Virus record (IMG/VR): IMGVR_UViG_3300005537_000012 | Coordinates: 1 to 44,997 of that record | From: a virus | Strand: one strand, 5' to 3' | Length of the DNA stretch: 44,997 bases | Shown: positions 1 to 8,179 of the stretch, in pieces | Layout: every line of letters begins with the position of its first letter | Numbering within the stretch: position 1 is the stretch's first letter | The notes under the pieces: generated by a model | Told to the model about the DNA's origin: nothing | Database searches by the model: none | The model's input: the letters and a program-made list of their open reading frames with translations, nothing else | Position numbers and translations under genes: made by a program

Positions 1-100
1 ACCTATACCTTCCCGACGCCATATAAGATGGCTCCATTCTCCTGCACAGCGACGCAGACTGGCGGAACGAATGCCGTTGGGACGTTCGCCACTTCATCGC
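1..100. repeat. Terminal direct repeat, copy 1 (identical to 44898-44997); contig overlap of a circular or circularly permuted 44,897-bp genome
   Basis: Base-by-base comparison: nt 1-100 = nt 44898-44997. The repeat lies inside an ORF that crosses the junction in frame. Confidence 0.95.
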
Positions 101-189
101 TCACCGCAACGGGAGCAGTGTTCACGTTCTCGCTGACACCCACGGCCAGCAGCACGGAAATCGTTTTGATTACTTGCGTAATACCATAG
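1..189 (+). CDS. 3' end of the beta-helix protein gene that starts at 43215 and wraps the junction
   Basis: Frame 1 is open from nt 1 and continuous with the 43215 frame through the repeat (TYTFPTPYKMAPFSC...). Stop TAG at 187-189. Confidence 0.8.
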   Translation, partial: TYTFPTPYKMAPFSCTATQTGGTNAVGTFATSSLTATGAVFTFSLTPTASSTEIVLITCVIP

Positions 190-197
190 GAGGCAGA

Positions 198-563
198 ATG
201 ACAAAAGGCAGATTACTACTCGGGCTGTTTTGCTTGGCGCTAGTGTTTGGCTTGCCGCATTTTTCGCGCAGTCAAACTTCATCGGTGAAAGTGTTTTACG
301 TCGCTACGGCGGTGGATGCGAATGGATTTGAGTCGGTCAATTCCAATGAGGCAAGCTGCACTCTTACGCCCACGACTCCAAAGTGCAATTTGTCCTGGAC
401 AGCGAGCACAAGCATAGTTGCCGGATACAACATCAAGAAAAGCAGCGTGACCGGAGGACCGTATACGAAAGTCAACACGACACTGATTACCGGGCTGACT
501 TACGTAGATGTGTATCCAGCCCCAAACCCTCCGGTGGTCCTTCAGGGTGCTCCAGGTAGTTGA
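198..563 (+). CDS. Secreted Fn3-like protein (signal peptide plus fibronectin-III-like segments)
   Basis: RBS TAGGAGG 187-193, ATG 198. N-terminus MTKGRLLLGLFCLALVFG. Fn3-like patterns FYVATAVDANGFESVNSNEAS and LSWTAS..GYNIKK..YTKVN..GLTYVD. Confidence 0.6.
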   Translation: MTKGRLLLGLFCLALVFGLPHFSRSQTSSVKVFYVATAVDANGFESVNSNEASCTLTPTTPKCNLSWTASTSIVAGYNIKKSSVTGGPYTKVNTTLITGLTYVDVYPAPNPPVVLQGAPGS

Positions 564-631
564 CTGGATACCGTGTTGGACTGTAGTCATTCAGCAGGAA
601 GTCCGGGGTGTGTTGTTGTGGAGCAACAATA

Positions 632-862
632 ATGAAAATATGGCCTTGGTCAAAATTCGGTGAACTTGAAACCAGGATTAAAGACCTGGAAGAGCATTTC
701 GTAATAAAACGAGATGCTCATGGCAATCCGACCCAGACCTTGGCTGATATTCCGGTTGAGCAACGGTCGGATATGCGGAAGAAGTTGAGCACCCGTGGGA
801 TGTCCTGGCCGCAGAAGCAAAAGATTCTTGAAATGACGGAAGGCGGGAGGAAAATAGGATGA
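632..862 (+). CDS. Hypothetical protein (76 aa)
   Basis: ORF-track ORF 608-862. The internal ATG at 632 has GGAG about 8 nt upstream. The stop overlaps the next start. Confidence 0.5.
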   Translation: MKIWPWSKFGELETRIKDLEEHFVIKRDAHGNPTQTLADIPVEQRSDMRKKLSTRGMSWPQKQKILEMTEGGRKIG

Positions 863-1107
863 GTGCTGACCGGATAACTGAGGCTCTACGCCCGACCGAA
901 AAAGAACTTGACGCCCAGCGTATTGAGATTGAATGCGTCGAGCCTCCTGGCGGGAAAGCCGGCGGGTATATTGTCCAGGTGTATCCGAAGCGGAAGGAAG
1001 AAAAGAAGAACAAGAAAACAGATAGTCCAATTGGATTTTGTGAACCAATTAAGCGGGTGTTTGAGACAGAAGAGGCAACCCTCGCTTATATCAAGAAAGT
1101 TTTGTAA
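859..1107 (+). CDS. Hypothetical protein (82 aa)
   Basis: RBS GGGAGG upstream; ATGA overlap with the previous ORF. Confidence 0.55.
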   Translation: MSADRITEALRPTEKELDAQRIEIECVEPPGGKAGGYIVQVYPKRKEEKKNKKTDSPIGFCEPIKRVFETEEATLAYIKKVL

Positions 1108-1116
1108 GGAGGAATT

Positions 1117-1419
1117 ATGGATGAGGAACGGCATTACATGAATCCCGCGAGAGGCTCCCACATGCGCGGTGAGGATGAAGACAAAGGAAGGAGTGGCGGC
1201 AAGTCCAAGCACCCGCAAATCCATATTCATTCTCATGCAAAAGGCCACACCGTACATATCATGCACGGTGATGGCCGGCACGAAGAGCACGAGCATGAGC
1301 GGGGTGACACGAAAGGAATCAAGCAGCACATCGACATGCATCTCGGCGCTGGCAATACCGGCCAGGACCATGGTGAAAATGATGGTGCTGGCGATGAATT
1401 GGCTGGTTTGGGTATTTAA
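1117..1419 (+). CDS. Histidine-rich small protein (100 aa)
   Basis: RBS AAGGAGG. Sequence HPQIHIHSHAKGHTVHIMHGDGRHEEHEHERGD..HIDMH. Confidence 0.6.
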   Translation: MDEERHYMNPARGSHMRGEDEDKGRSGGKSKHPQIHIHSHAKGHTVHIMHGDGRHEEHEHERGDTKGIKQHIDMHLGAGNTGQDHGENDGAGDELAGLGI

Positions 1420-1474
1420 GAAATCTTGACGCGGCTAAGGCCGCGGACAAAGAAGGAAAAGGAGAGCACTAGTT

Positions 1475-2347
1475 ATGAAAAGTAAATTGTTGATGCTAGT
1501 CAGCGCTCTGCTGCTGTCCGCGGCAGGCGTGTTTGGGCAAGGAACATTCCCTGGTAATTCATTGCAGAATAGTCCTCTGCACCGGGTCGGTGGAGTTTTC
1601 AATGCTTTGGGGTACAGCACTTGGTCGAGTGTTTTGATATCAGGAAACACTTCAACCGGTGCCGGAGTATCAGTTGTTATCTATCCTGGTTCAATGACAG
1701 CAACAGAAACCCTGGCTGATGGGTCAGCGGTTCCGCTCACTGTTGTATTCAACACGAACACTCCGATTCTTGTCGATGTTGGCCAAGGTAATGCGGAAGT
1801 TGTGACTCCGACTTCTGTCAGTTTTGGTCCGTGTCCGGCAGGTAATCTAGGTGTCGGTGGCGGCGCCACTTGTGCGACTGTGACCGGAACCTTTAACAAT
1901 ACGCATGGCCAATCAGCTATCGTTACTTCCGGAGACTTCGGAATTGAAGAAGCTATTACCGATGCCGGGAACCAGGGCGGCGGTATTGTATTCTGGATGG
2001 TGGATACCGGGATTGTGACTCTTAATACCGGTGGTCTTACTACTACCACTACGACAAAGGTTCCTACTACATTCTATGGAATTGGCGCTGCGGCTAGGGT
2101 CACGACTACTATTACCGGGTCAACCGCCTGGCTAGTAGGCATAAGCGGGTCCACAGCGTCTTTCTGTAGTTCAAACTCAACTTTAACAGCTGGTACCACT
2201 TGTATTGCGAACCAGGCTGCGCCGGCTGTTGTTGGCACTACCCAATCTCTTACTTCGGTTCTTATCACAGCAACTGTAGCTAACGCTACGGCTGGCGCTG
2301 TAAAAGTGAGAGTCTGGGGCTATACTCCGGTTCAACCGGCGTCATAA
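1475..2347 (+). CDS. Secreted Thr/Gly-rich protein with a pectate-lyase-like GIEEAITDAGNQGGGIVF motif
   Basis: RBS AGGAGA. Signal peptide MKSKLLMLVSALLLSAAGVFG|QG. Low-complexity T/G/S-rich body. Confidence 0.65.
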   Translation: MKSKLLMLVSALLLSAAGVFGQGTFPGNSLQNSPLHRVGGVFNALGYSTWSSVLISGNTSTGAGVSVVIYPGSMTATETLADGSAVPLTVVFNTNTPILVDVGQGNAEVVTPTSVSFGPCPAGNLGVGGGATCATVTGTFNNTHGQSAIVTSGDFGIEEAITDAGNQGGGIVFWMVDTGIVTLNTGGLTTTTTTKVPTTFYGIGAAARVTTTITGSTAWLVGISGSTASFCSSNSTLTAGTTCIANQAAPAVVGTTQSLTSVLITATVANATAGAVKVRVWGYTPVQPAS

Positions 2348-2348
2348 A

Positions 2349-2513
2349 ATGCCTTCGCAAGAAATCATGCCTCTCTTCAGAGCCGGAAAATTGCACTCCG
2401 GCTCTGGAGGGATTGTGACAAATCCGAAGCAGGCTGTGGCAATCAAATATTCATATGAAAGAAAAGAACGCAAACCGCATGTCGGAGTAAGAAAGAAGAA
2501 ACATGGCCGTTGA
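2349..2513 (+). CDS. Small basic protein (54 aa) with a KLHSGS...KQAVAI motif; below the ORF-track size cut-off
   Basis: Hand translation gives MPSQEIMPLFRAGKLHSGSGGIVTNPKQAVAIKYSYERKERKPHVGVRKKKHGR. It fills the 1475-gene/portal gap and overlaps the portal start by 11 nt. Confidence 0.4.
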   Translation: MPSQEIMPLFRAGKLHSGSGGIVTNPKQAVAIKYSYERKERKPHVGVRKKKHGR

Positions 2514-4977
2514 TGATGACATTGACGTGATGCTTCGCGATGGTGATGAAGATACCACCACCGCTGATGATGAACAGGACCTGGATGAAGCATCGTCTGA
2601 GGACCCGCTGGAAGACAAGCCTGAACTTCAGAAAGCACTTATAGATTTATATGAAAAGTGCAAGGGTGAGGACCGATATCAGAGATTGATTGAAGTCAAG
2701 GATGTCAAGCAGTCTGAGTTTTACTGGACTGGCCGCCAGTATATCTGGTGGAGTAATGATGATAAACAGTGGAACCTACCGACCCAGCAGGCGTCGAATT
2801 ATGGTGACCTGAATATTGAGGATATGCCACGGTTTGAGTTTGTCACAAATATCTACCAAGCTCGAGGTTTGATGGTTATTGGTGCTGTAGCTGGAGCACC
2901 GCCACGGGTACGATTCTTTCCTGATGATGCAGATGATGCTGATGACATTGAAACCGCTGAGGGACGCACGAAGCTTACAAAACTCATTGAACGATGGAAT
3001 CCGCTTTCTCAGATGTTACAGCAGGAAACTTATCATGCTTATACCGGAGGATTAATTTGTTGGTGGACTCGGTATGTTGCCAATGGTGAGAAATATGGAT
3101 TTGATTCAACGGAGTTATTGAGCCAGGGTGAAGAGCAAGTGGATGAAAGCATAAAGTGTCCAAAGTGTGGTTGGTCGGCGCCGGCCATGAATGCCGAGCC
3201 GCCAGTGCCGTGCCCGGTTTGCGGTACCCAGCTTACAGAAGATGATATCGTCGAAGAAGAACCGATGCCGACGATTGAGGAAACCGGTATTCAGAATATT
3301 CCCAAAGGTCGCCAGGTAATTAGTATTTATGGAGCTCTTAATTGTTGCCGGCCACAACATGTTGATTCTCAATCTGACTTTCACTATTTTGGAATTGAAG
3401 AAGAAGTGCATTATTCAAAGTTACGTGCGGCATTTGAACAAGTGGAAGATAAAATCACTCCTGGTTTGAATCAGGGAGCAGATGATATTTTTGAACGTAA
3501 TGCTCGTTTGTCAGTTTCAGGTAATACCAGACTCTATACACAGACAGGGGCGAATCAGGCGAATCTTTGTACTTTTGTTCGCTGTTGGTTCCGGCCGACT
3601 GCATTTAAAATTCTTGAAGATAAAGCCCATCGCAAAGAACTTCTTGAGATTTTTCCGCGGGGAGTTCGTATTGAGTTTACTGGTAATGTATTTTGTAAAT
3701 CTGAAGCAGAATCAATGGACGATGCTATTGTCACTCAGCATGCAATGCCTGGCCGCGGCCAGCATCGGCCGGCTATCGGAACTTCGATGTTGTCAATCCA
3801 GGACCGGGTGAACACATTTTCAAATATTGAAGCAGAGACTTACGAATATGGCATTCCAATCACATACCGTGCCGCTGATACTTGGGACTCGGGTGCTGAC
3901 GATGAGCAGCGAGCAGCTCCGGGCTTGGAAGTTGAAGTTGCTCTCAGAGCCGGAGAAAATATTCAGCAAAGAATCATGCAAGTCCGGGCAGATTCAGTTT
4001 CTCCGGATATGGCCGAGCATACAAAAGAGCTCATAGGTCCTATTGCAGACCAGCTGAGCGGAGCTTACCCGGCTGTCTCCGGGTCCGGCGAAGCTAATCC
4101 TGATACTCTTGGCCAGCAGGTAATGCAACGCGATCAGGCTATGGGCCGCATGGGCATCTTTTGGGTGAATCTGCGCCAGGGCCATGCTGATATAATGACT
4201 CTGGCTTGCCGTTGCTTTGAGGCTCACTCCGATGGTATTGTAAAGGTACCAGTGCTTGGAGAGTCTGGAGATTTTGAATCTGAATCAATTGATGTTACTG
4301 CACTGGAAGGAGAGGCAGAAGCTTATCCTGAAGGCGATGAACATTTCCCTGAGACTATACAGCAGCAAAAAGCGACCATGATGCAAATCATGGATACCCC
4401 ACAGGGAGCAACTTTAGCTCAAGACCCAGAAAATGCTGAGATATTTGCAAAGTTGATTGGTATCTGTGGATTAAAAATACCGGGTGTTGATTCACGCCAG
4501 AAGCAGCTAAAGGAAATTTCTGAACTTATCAAAATTCCTGAAGGTGACGATATCATGGAAGCTCTTGCTCCCATGGTTGAAGTTGACCCGGAGTGCGATG
4601 ACCATACTGTTGAAGCTGCAACTTGCAAATGGTGGTTGAATTCTGCAAAAGGACAGAAGTGCAAACGGGAAAACCCGATGGGATGGCGTGCAGTTAAGGA
4701 ACATATGCTGAAGCACCTGGCAGCCATACCAAAACCGGAACCTCAAAATAAACCGTTGAGCCCGACAATGACCACGGCTTATAAAGACTTGCCGCCGGAA
4801 GCCCAAGCACAATGGCTTGAGAAAGAATTTGGTATCAAAGTAAGTCCTCAAGATTTTATACAGCAGGTTTTGTTGGAACAAGCCAAGAAGTCAGGTGGTA
4901 AACCCGCACCGGGGCAGGAGCCCCCGGCCGCGCGGCCTACGGGTCAGCCGGCGAATGTTCCTGTAGGCGGGGTGTGA
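2503..4977 (+). CDS. Putative portal protein (824 aa) with an acidic N-terminus and an inserted CxxC..CxxC zinc ribbon
   Basis: Large ORF immediately upstream of the scaffold-like and capsid-like genes. Assignment is by size and position; no diagnostic motif was verified. Confidence 0.6.
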   Translation: MAVDDDIDVMLRDGDEDTTTADDEQDLDEASSEDPLEDKPELQKALIDLYEKCKGEDRYQRLIEVKDVKQSEFYWTGRQYIWWSNDDKQWNLPTQQASNYGDLNIEDMPRFEFVTNIYQARGLMVIGAVAGAPPRVRFFPDDADDADDIETAEGRTKLTKLIERWNPLSQMLQQETYHAYTGGLICWWTRYVANGEKYGFDSTELLSQGEEQVDESIKCPKCGWSAPAMNAEPPVPCPVCGTQLTEDDIVEEEPMPTIEETGIQNIPKGRQVISIYGALNCCRPQHVDSQSDFHYFGIEEEVHYSKLRAAFEQVEDKITPGLNQGADDIFERNARLSVSGNTRLYTQTGANQANLCTFVRCWFRPTAFKILEDKAHRKELLEIFPRGVRIEFTGNVFCKSEAESMDDAIVTQHAMPGRGQHRPAIGTSMLSIQDRVNTFSNIEAETYEYGIPITYRAADTWDSGADDEQRAAPGLEVEVALRAGENIQQRIMQVRADSVSPDMAEHTKELIGPIADQLSGAYPAVSGSGEANPDTLGQQVMQRDQAMGRMGIFWVNLRQGHADIMTLACRCFEAHSDGIVKVPVLGESGDFESESIDVTALEGEAEAYPEGDEHFPETIQQQKATMMQIMDTPQGATLAQDPENAEIFAKLIGICGLKIPGVDSRQKQLKEISELIKIPEGDDIMEALAPMVEVDPECDDHTVEAATCKWWLNSAKGQKCKRENPMGWRAVKEHMLKHLAAIPKPEPQNKPLSPTMTTAYKDLPPEAQAQWLEKEFGIKVSPQDFIQQVLLEQAKKSGGKPAPGQEPPAARPTGQPANVPVGGV

Positions 4978-4983
4978 GGAAAT

Positions 4984-6363
4984 ATGGATGGCGATGAACT
5001 GTTGTTGGAAACTCCGGCAGCTGGTAATGAAGGTGGGGATGGTGGTGGTGCAGGTGCTGGTGATGACCTTGACCTTGGCTTAGAAGAAACTGGAGAAGGT
5101 GGAACTCTAAAAGAAGGTGAAGAACCTGGAGAAGGCGAACTTCGTGAAGGTGAAGAACCTGGAGAGAAGCAACCTGAAGAAAAACAGGACGATAAAGAAG
5201 AACCGCAGTTAAAAGAATTTCATGGAATGGTTTCGGCCAAACTTCGCAGCATCATTAAAGATGCTCCGGAACTTGCCCAGGTGTTCAAGAAATATCCCGC
5301 GGTGCAGGCCAGGTTTGAACGAATTGCCAGGCGAGAAGCTGCGCTCTCTGAAGTCTGGCCGACGATTGCTGAAGCCCAGCAGATGCGGGATGAGTTCCCG
5401 AACGGTCAGGCCGATGTCCAAGAACTAAGGAATGAAGCGAAAGAAATTGTTGAACTTGACAACGCTTTTGACACTCCTGGTGAAGAAGGAGACTATCCTG
5501 GTCACGAACAACTCATCAAGAACTTTGTTGACCGGGACAAAACCGCGGCGATTGCTTTATTCAAGCGGCTACCGATTGAATGGGCGAAAGTCGACAAAGA
5601 GAGTTACAATGACGTCATGCGCCAGGTGGTCGCCGCCACGTTCCAGAGCAGGAATATCCCTGACTTTATAAACCGGACAATTGCTGACGCGAAGAAAGCT
5701 GACAATCTAGAACTTGAAGAATTCGCCACGACTCTTTTCAACTGGGTGGATGGGTTCTTCAAGGAAAAGCCGAAACCGTCAGAGGAAGAACAGCGTTTGG
5801 CTCGCGACCGTGCCCAACTGGCAAAAGACCGCCAGAAGGACAGCCGTGACAGCCAGCAACGGTTCCATGCTACTTTTAGAAGTGAAAGCATGAAACTGCA
5901 AACCGACATTATCAAAAGTCATAAGGTAATTCAAAAACTTATGACTATCAAGAGTGTGCCGCAAGAAAAGAAAGATGCCATTGTCAACGGTATCCGGTCA
6001 GCGATGGAGAAATTCCTCTCGAAGAGCCCGTCGTTCATGAACAAGTTGCGGCCGGCGTACCAGAAGCAGAATTTACAGGAGACGACCGCGCTCCAGAAGA
6101 ATGCTTGGTCCCAAGCTTGGCTTCTGAACCGCATGGTCCGAATGGTTTTGCAGAAAGAGGTTCCTCAAATGGTTTCTAGCAATCGGGAAGCTGTACGGCG
6201 CCGCGCAGGGGCGCCCGTACGGTCAGCAGCACCCGCAAATAAACCCGGCGAAAAAAGAGACGCTGCGCCCACGCGTCCATATCAGAAGGATGGGCGTTGG
6301 TACAAACCGGATGGACGGCCGTTCACATCGGCTGAAATCCTTGCCGGAAAACACGAGCAGTAA
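4984..6363 (+). CDS. Putative scaffolding protein (acidic E/G/P-rich N-terminus, long charged helical body)
   Basis: Lies between the portal and capsid candidates. RBS GAGGAAAT. KEGEEPGE repeats and K/E/Q/R-rich sequence. Confidence 0.5.
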   Translation: MDGDELLLETPAAGNEGGDGGGAGAGDDLDLGLEETGEGGTLKEGEEPGEGELREGEEPGEKQPEEKQDDKEEPQLKEFHGMVSAKLRSIIKDAPELAQVFKKYPAVQARFERIARREAALSEVWPTIAEAQQMRDEFPNGQADVQELRNEAKEIVELDNAFDTPGEEGDYPGHEQLIKNFVDRDKTAAIALFKRLPIEWAKVDKESYNDVMRQVVAATFQSRNIPDFINRTIADAKKADNLELEEFATTLFNWVDGFFKEKPKPSEEEQRLARDRAQLAKDRQKDSRDSQQRFHATFRSESMKLQTDIIKSHKVIQKLMTIKSVPQEKKDAIVNGIRSAMEKFLSKSPSFMNKLRPAYQKQNLQETTALQKNAWSQAWLLNRMVRMVLQKEVPQMVSSNREAVRRRAGAPVRSAAPANKPGEKRDAAPTRPYQKDGRWYKPDGRPFTSAEILAGKHEQ

Positions 6364-6389
6364 AATTTGATTTGAAAGGACTTTAGACG

Positions 6390-7649
6390 ATGGCTTCTCC
6401 AAGTAATATTCAGAGCATCTCCTTGCAGCTTGAAAAAGTCCGGAAGCGTGTGCCAACGGCTTACGAGCAAGAGCACGTTCTTCTGGATATGATTGACAAG
6501 CGCGGCGATGTGATTGATGCATCAACACGAAACATCCGCTTGCCGCTCCTGGTTCGCCCGGGAGGCAAGGGTTCTCAAGGTACCGCGGACTTCGACGACA
6601 TGGGCCGCGGGTCTGGTTCGACCTGGGACGTTGGAACATTGTCCACGATGCAATTCCGTTGGGCTTTTGAAGTCTCGAAGCTTGCGGAATATGCAACCAA
6701 GGGCAATGACAAGGCTGTTGAGGACGTGGCTGTCCGTGAAGTCGCGGAAGCTATGAAAATGTTCAAACGGTTCCTCGATTGCGTGTACCAAACCAATGGC
6801 ACCGGCCAGCTGGACAGTATCCAGAGTCTCCCCGGAGGCACCACGATTGGCGTGGTGAACCCAAACAGCTTCTATTTTAACCAGGACATCCAGGTTTACC
6901 CAACTGGTTTGGCTTCCGCTTCCCGCGGGCTCTGCACTGTGACCCAGGTAGACCCGCTTTTGAAGACCATTACGGTCAACGCACTTCCTCCGGGGACAAT
7001 CGTTGGCGACGCCCTGGTTATCAACATTTCTCAAGGTTCTGGCGGGGCAAACCCAGTCTCTCTTGAAGGATTGTTGTATAACCACGTGGACTCTGCCTCC
7101 GGTTCCTGGAACAACCTGGCCCGCTCAACGTATCCGGAAGTCCTCAAGACTCCGCACGTTGCCGCTGGCGGGGCAACTATCACTCCAGCTCTTCGGCGTC
7201 TCGGTGAGAATAAGCTTCGGCGTGTTCTTGGCGTGGACTTTGATGAACCGATGGTTGCGTACATGAACGTGGACCAGGAAGCTGCGTGGGAAAATGTGGG
7301 CATTGCGGTTTCCACAATCATCCAGAATCAGATGGGTGGTGACAAGTCCGAGGATATGCTGAAACGTCGGCCTCCGAAGACTTTTGGTGGCATTCCAATC
7401 AAGACCAGTATCCATGGTACGATTCAGCGCATTGATGTCCTTTGCCTTAAGCACTGGGGCCGTGGCGTCACGAAGGAAGTTGACCTCTTTGAGGAAGGCG
7501 GGCAAACCGTATTTCAATTGTACGGGCAGTCCGGTGGCCTCCTGGCAGGTTATATTTCTTATTTCGACACGGTTTTCAATGTGTTCATGGATTGCCCACG
7601 ATTCGGGTTCTTTTTCGACGGCCTGGCTTTGCCGGTTGGCGGATACTAA
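6390..7649 (+). CDS. Putative major capsid protein (419 aa)
   Basis: Position after the scaffold, appropriate size, and a strong intrinsic terminator directly downstream. Confidence 0.6.
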   Translation: MASPSNIQSISLQLEKVRKRVPTAYEQEHVLLDMIDKRGDVIDASTRNIRLPLLVRPGGKGSQGTADFDDMGRGSGSTWDVGTLSTMQFRWAFEVSKLAEYATKGNDKAVEDVAVREVAEAMKMFKRFLDCVYQTNGTGQLDSIQSLPGGTTIGVVNPNSFYFNQDIQVYPTGLASASRGLCTVTQVDPLLKTITVNALPPGTIVGDALVINISQGSGGANPVSLEGLLYNHVDSASGSWNNLARSTYPEVLKTPHVAAGGATITPALRRLGENKLRRVLGVDFDEPMVAYMNVDQEAAWENVGIAVSTIIQNQMGGDKSEDMLKRRPPKTFGGIPIKTSIHGTIQRIDVLCLKHWGRGVTKEVDLFEEGGQTVFQLYGQSGGLLAGYISYFDTVFNVFMDCPRFGFFFDGLALPVGGY

Positions 7650-7698
7650 ACTTTAATCTTGGTGGCTGCTAGGAGAAGAAAGCAGTTACTGAGCGCTG

Positions 7699-7730
7699 AA
7701 TAGGGAGTTTCTATTGGAACTCCCTATTTC
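7699..7730 (+). terminator. Rho-independent terminator after the capsid gene
   Basis: Stem aatagggagtt / aactccctatt with loop tctattgg, followed by T-rich tttc. Confidence 0.7.
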
Positions 7731-7744
7731 AAGAAAGGAATGAA

Positions 7745-8179
7745 ATGCAGACTTCAGATGCAAAGCGAGTCGGCGCTATGTCCGACGAAGAGCTGGAGGC
7801 AAATCCGCACCTTGAAAAACTTCCGGATGACACTCACATTGTGAGTGGAACTCTTGAAGGTCACGGGGCGACGGAGATTGCATCGGCAAAAGCACAGCTC
7901 AGCGCGAAAGTTGTCAAACTTGCCCGCACCGAATCTGGTGGGGTCGAGTATCAGTTGGCAATTTTCGTGTCTGAACCAACGGCGGCCGCGGCAGTACCCG
8001 CGAAGTCGGTTGAAGACCCATCCTTCCTGGAAGCGGTCGAGTATTTTGTGGGCAAGGGCCTATCGGATACCGACTCTCGCAAGAAGGTCAATGAGTTCGG
8101 CATTTCTCGAGTTCTTGCAGCTAAGAACCGAGAGCTGGACGCCAACCTGGATGCTTTGCTGGAGAAGAAGAGCAAGTGA
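7745..8179 (+). CDS. Hypothetical late protein (144 aa)
   Basis: RBS AAAGGAA; ORF-track ORF; in the late operon. Confidence 0.55.
   Translation: MQTSDAKRVGAMSDEELEANPHLEKLPDDTHIVSGTLEGHGATEIASAKAQLSAKVVKLARTESGGVEYQLAIFVSEPTAAAAVPAKSVEDPSFLEAVEYFVGKGLSDTDSRKKVNEFGISRVLAAKNRELDANLDALLEKKSK

Noticed and set aside
1-100. True physical direct terminal repeat (T7-like DTR)
   Set aside because: The repeat lies in the middle of an ORF that reads through the junction. The round 100-bp length suggests an assembly or circularisation overlap.
2378-2406. 9-bp-stem hairpin (cagagccgg/ccggctctg) as a terminator between the 1475 gene and the portal
   Set aside because: It has no T-tract, and it lies inside a plausible conserved-motif small ORF (2349-2513).
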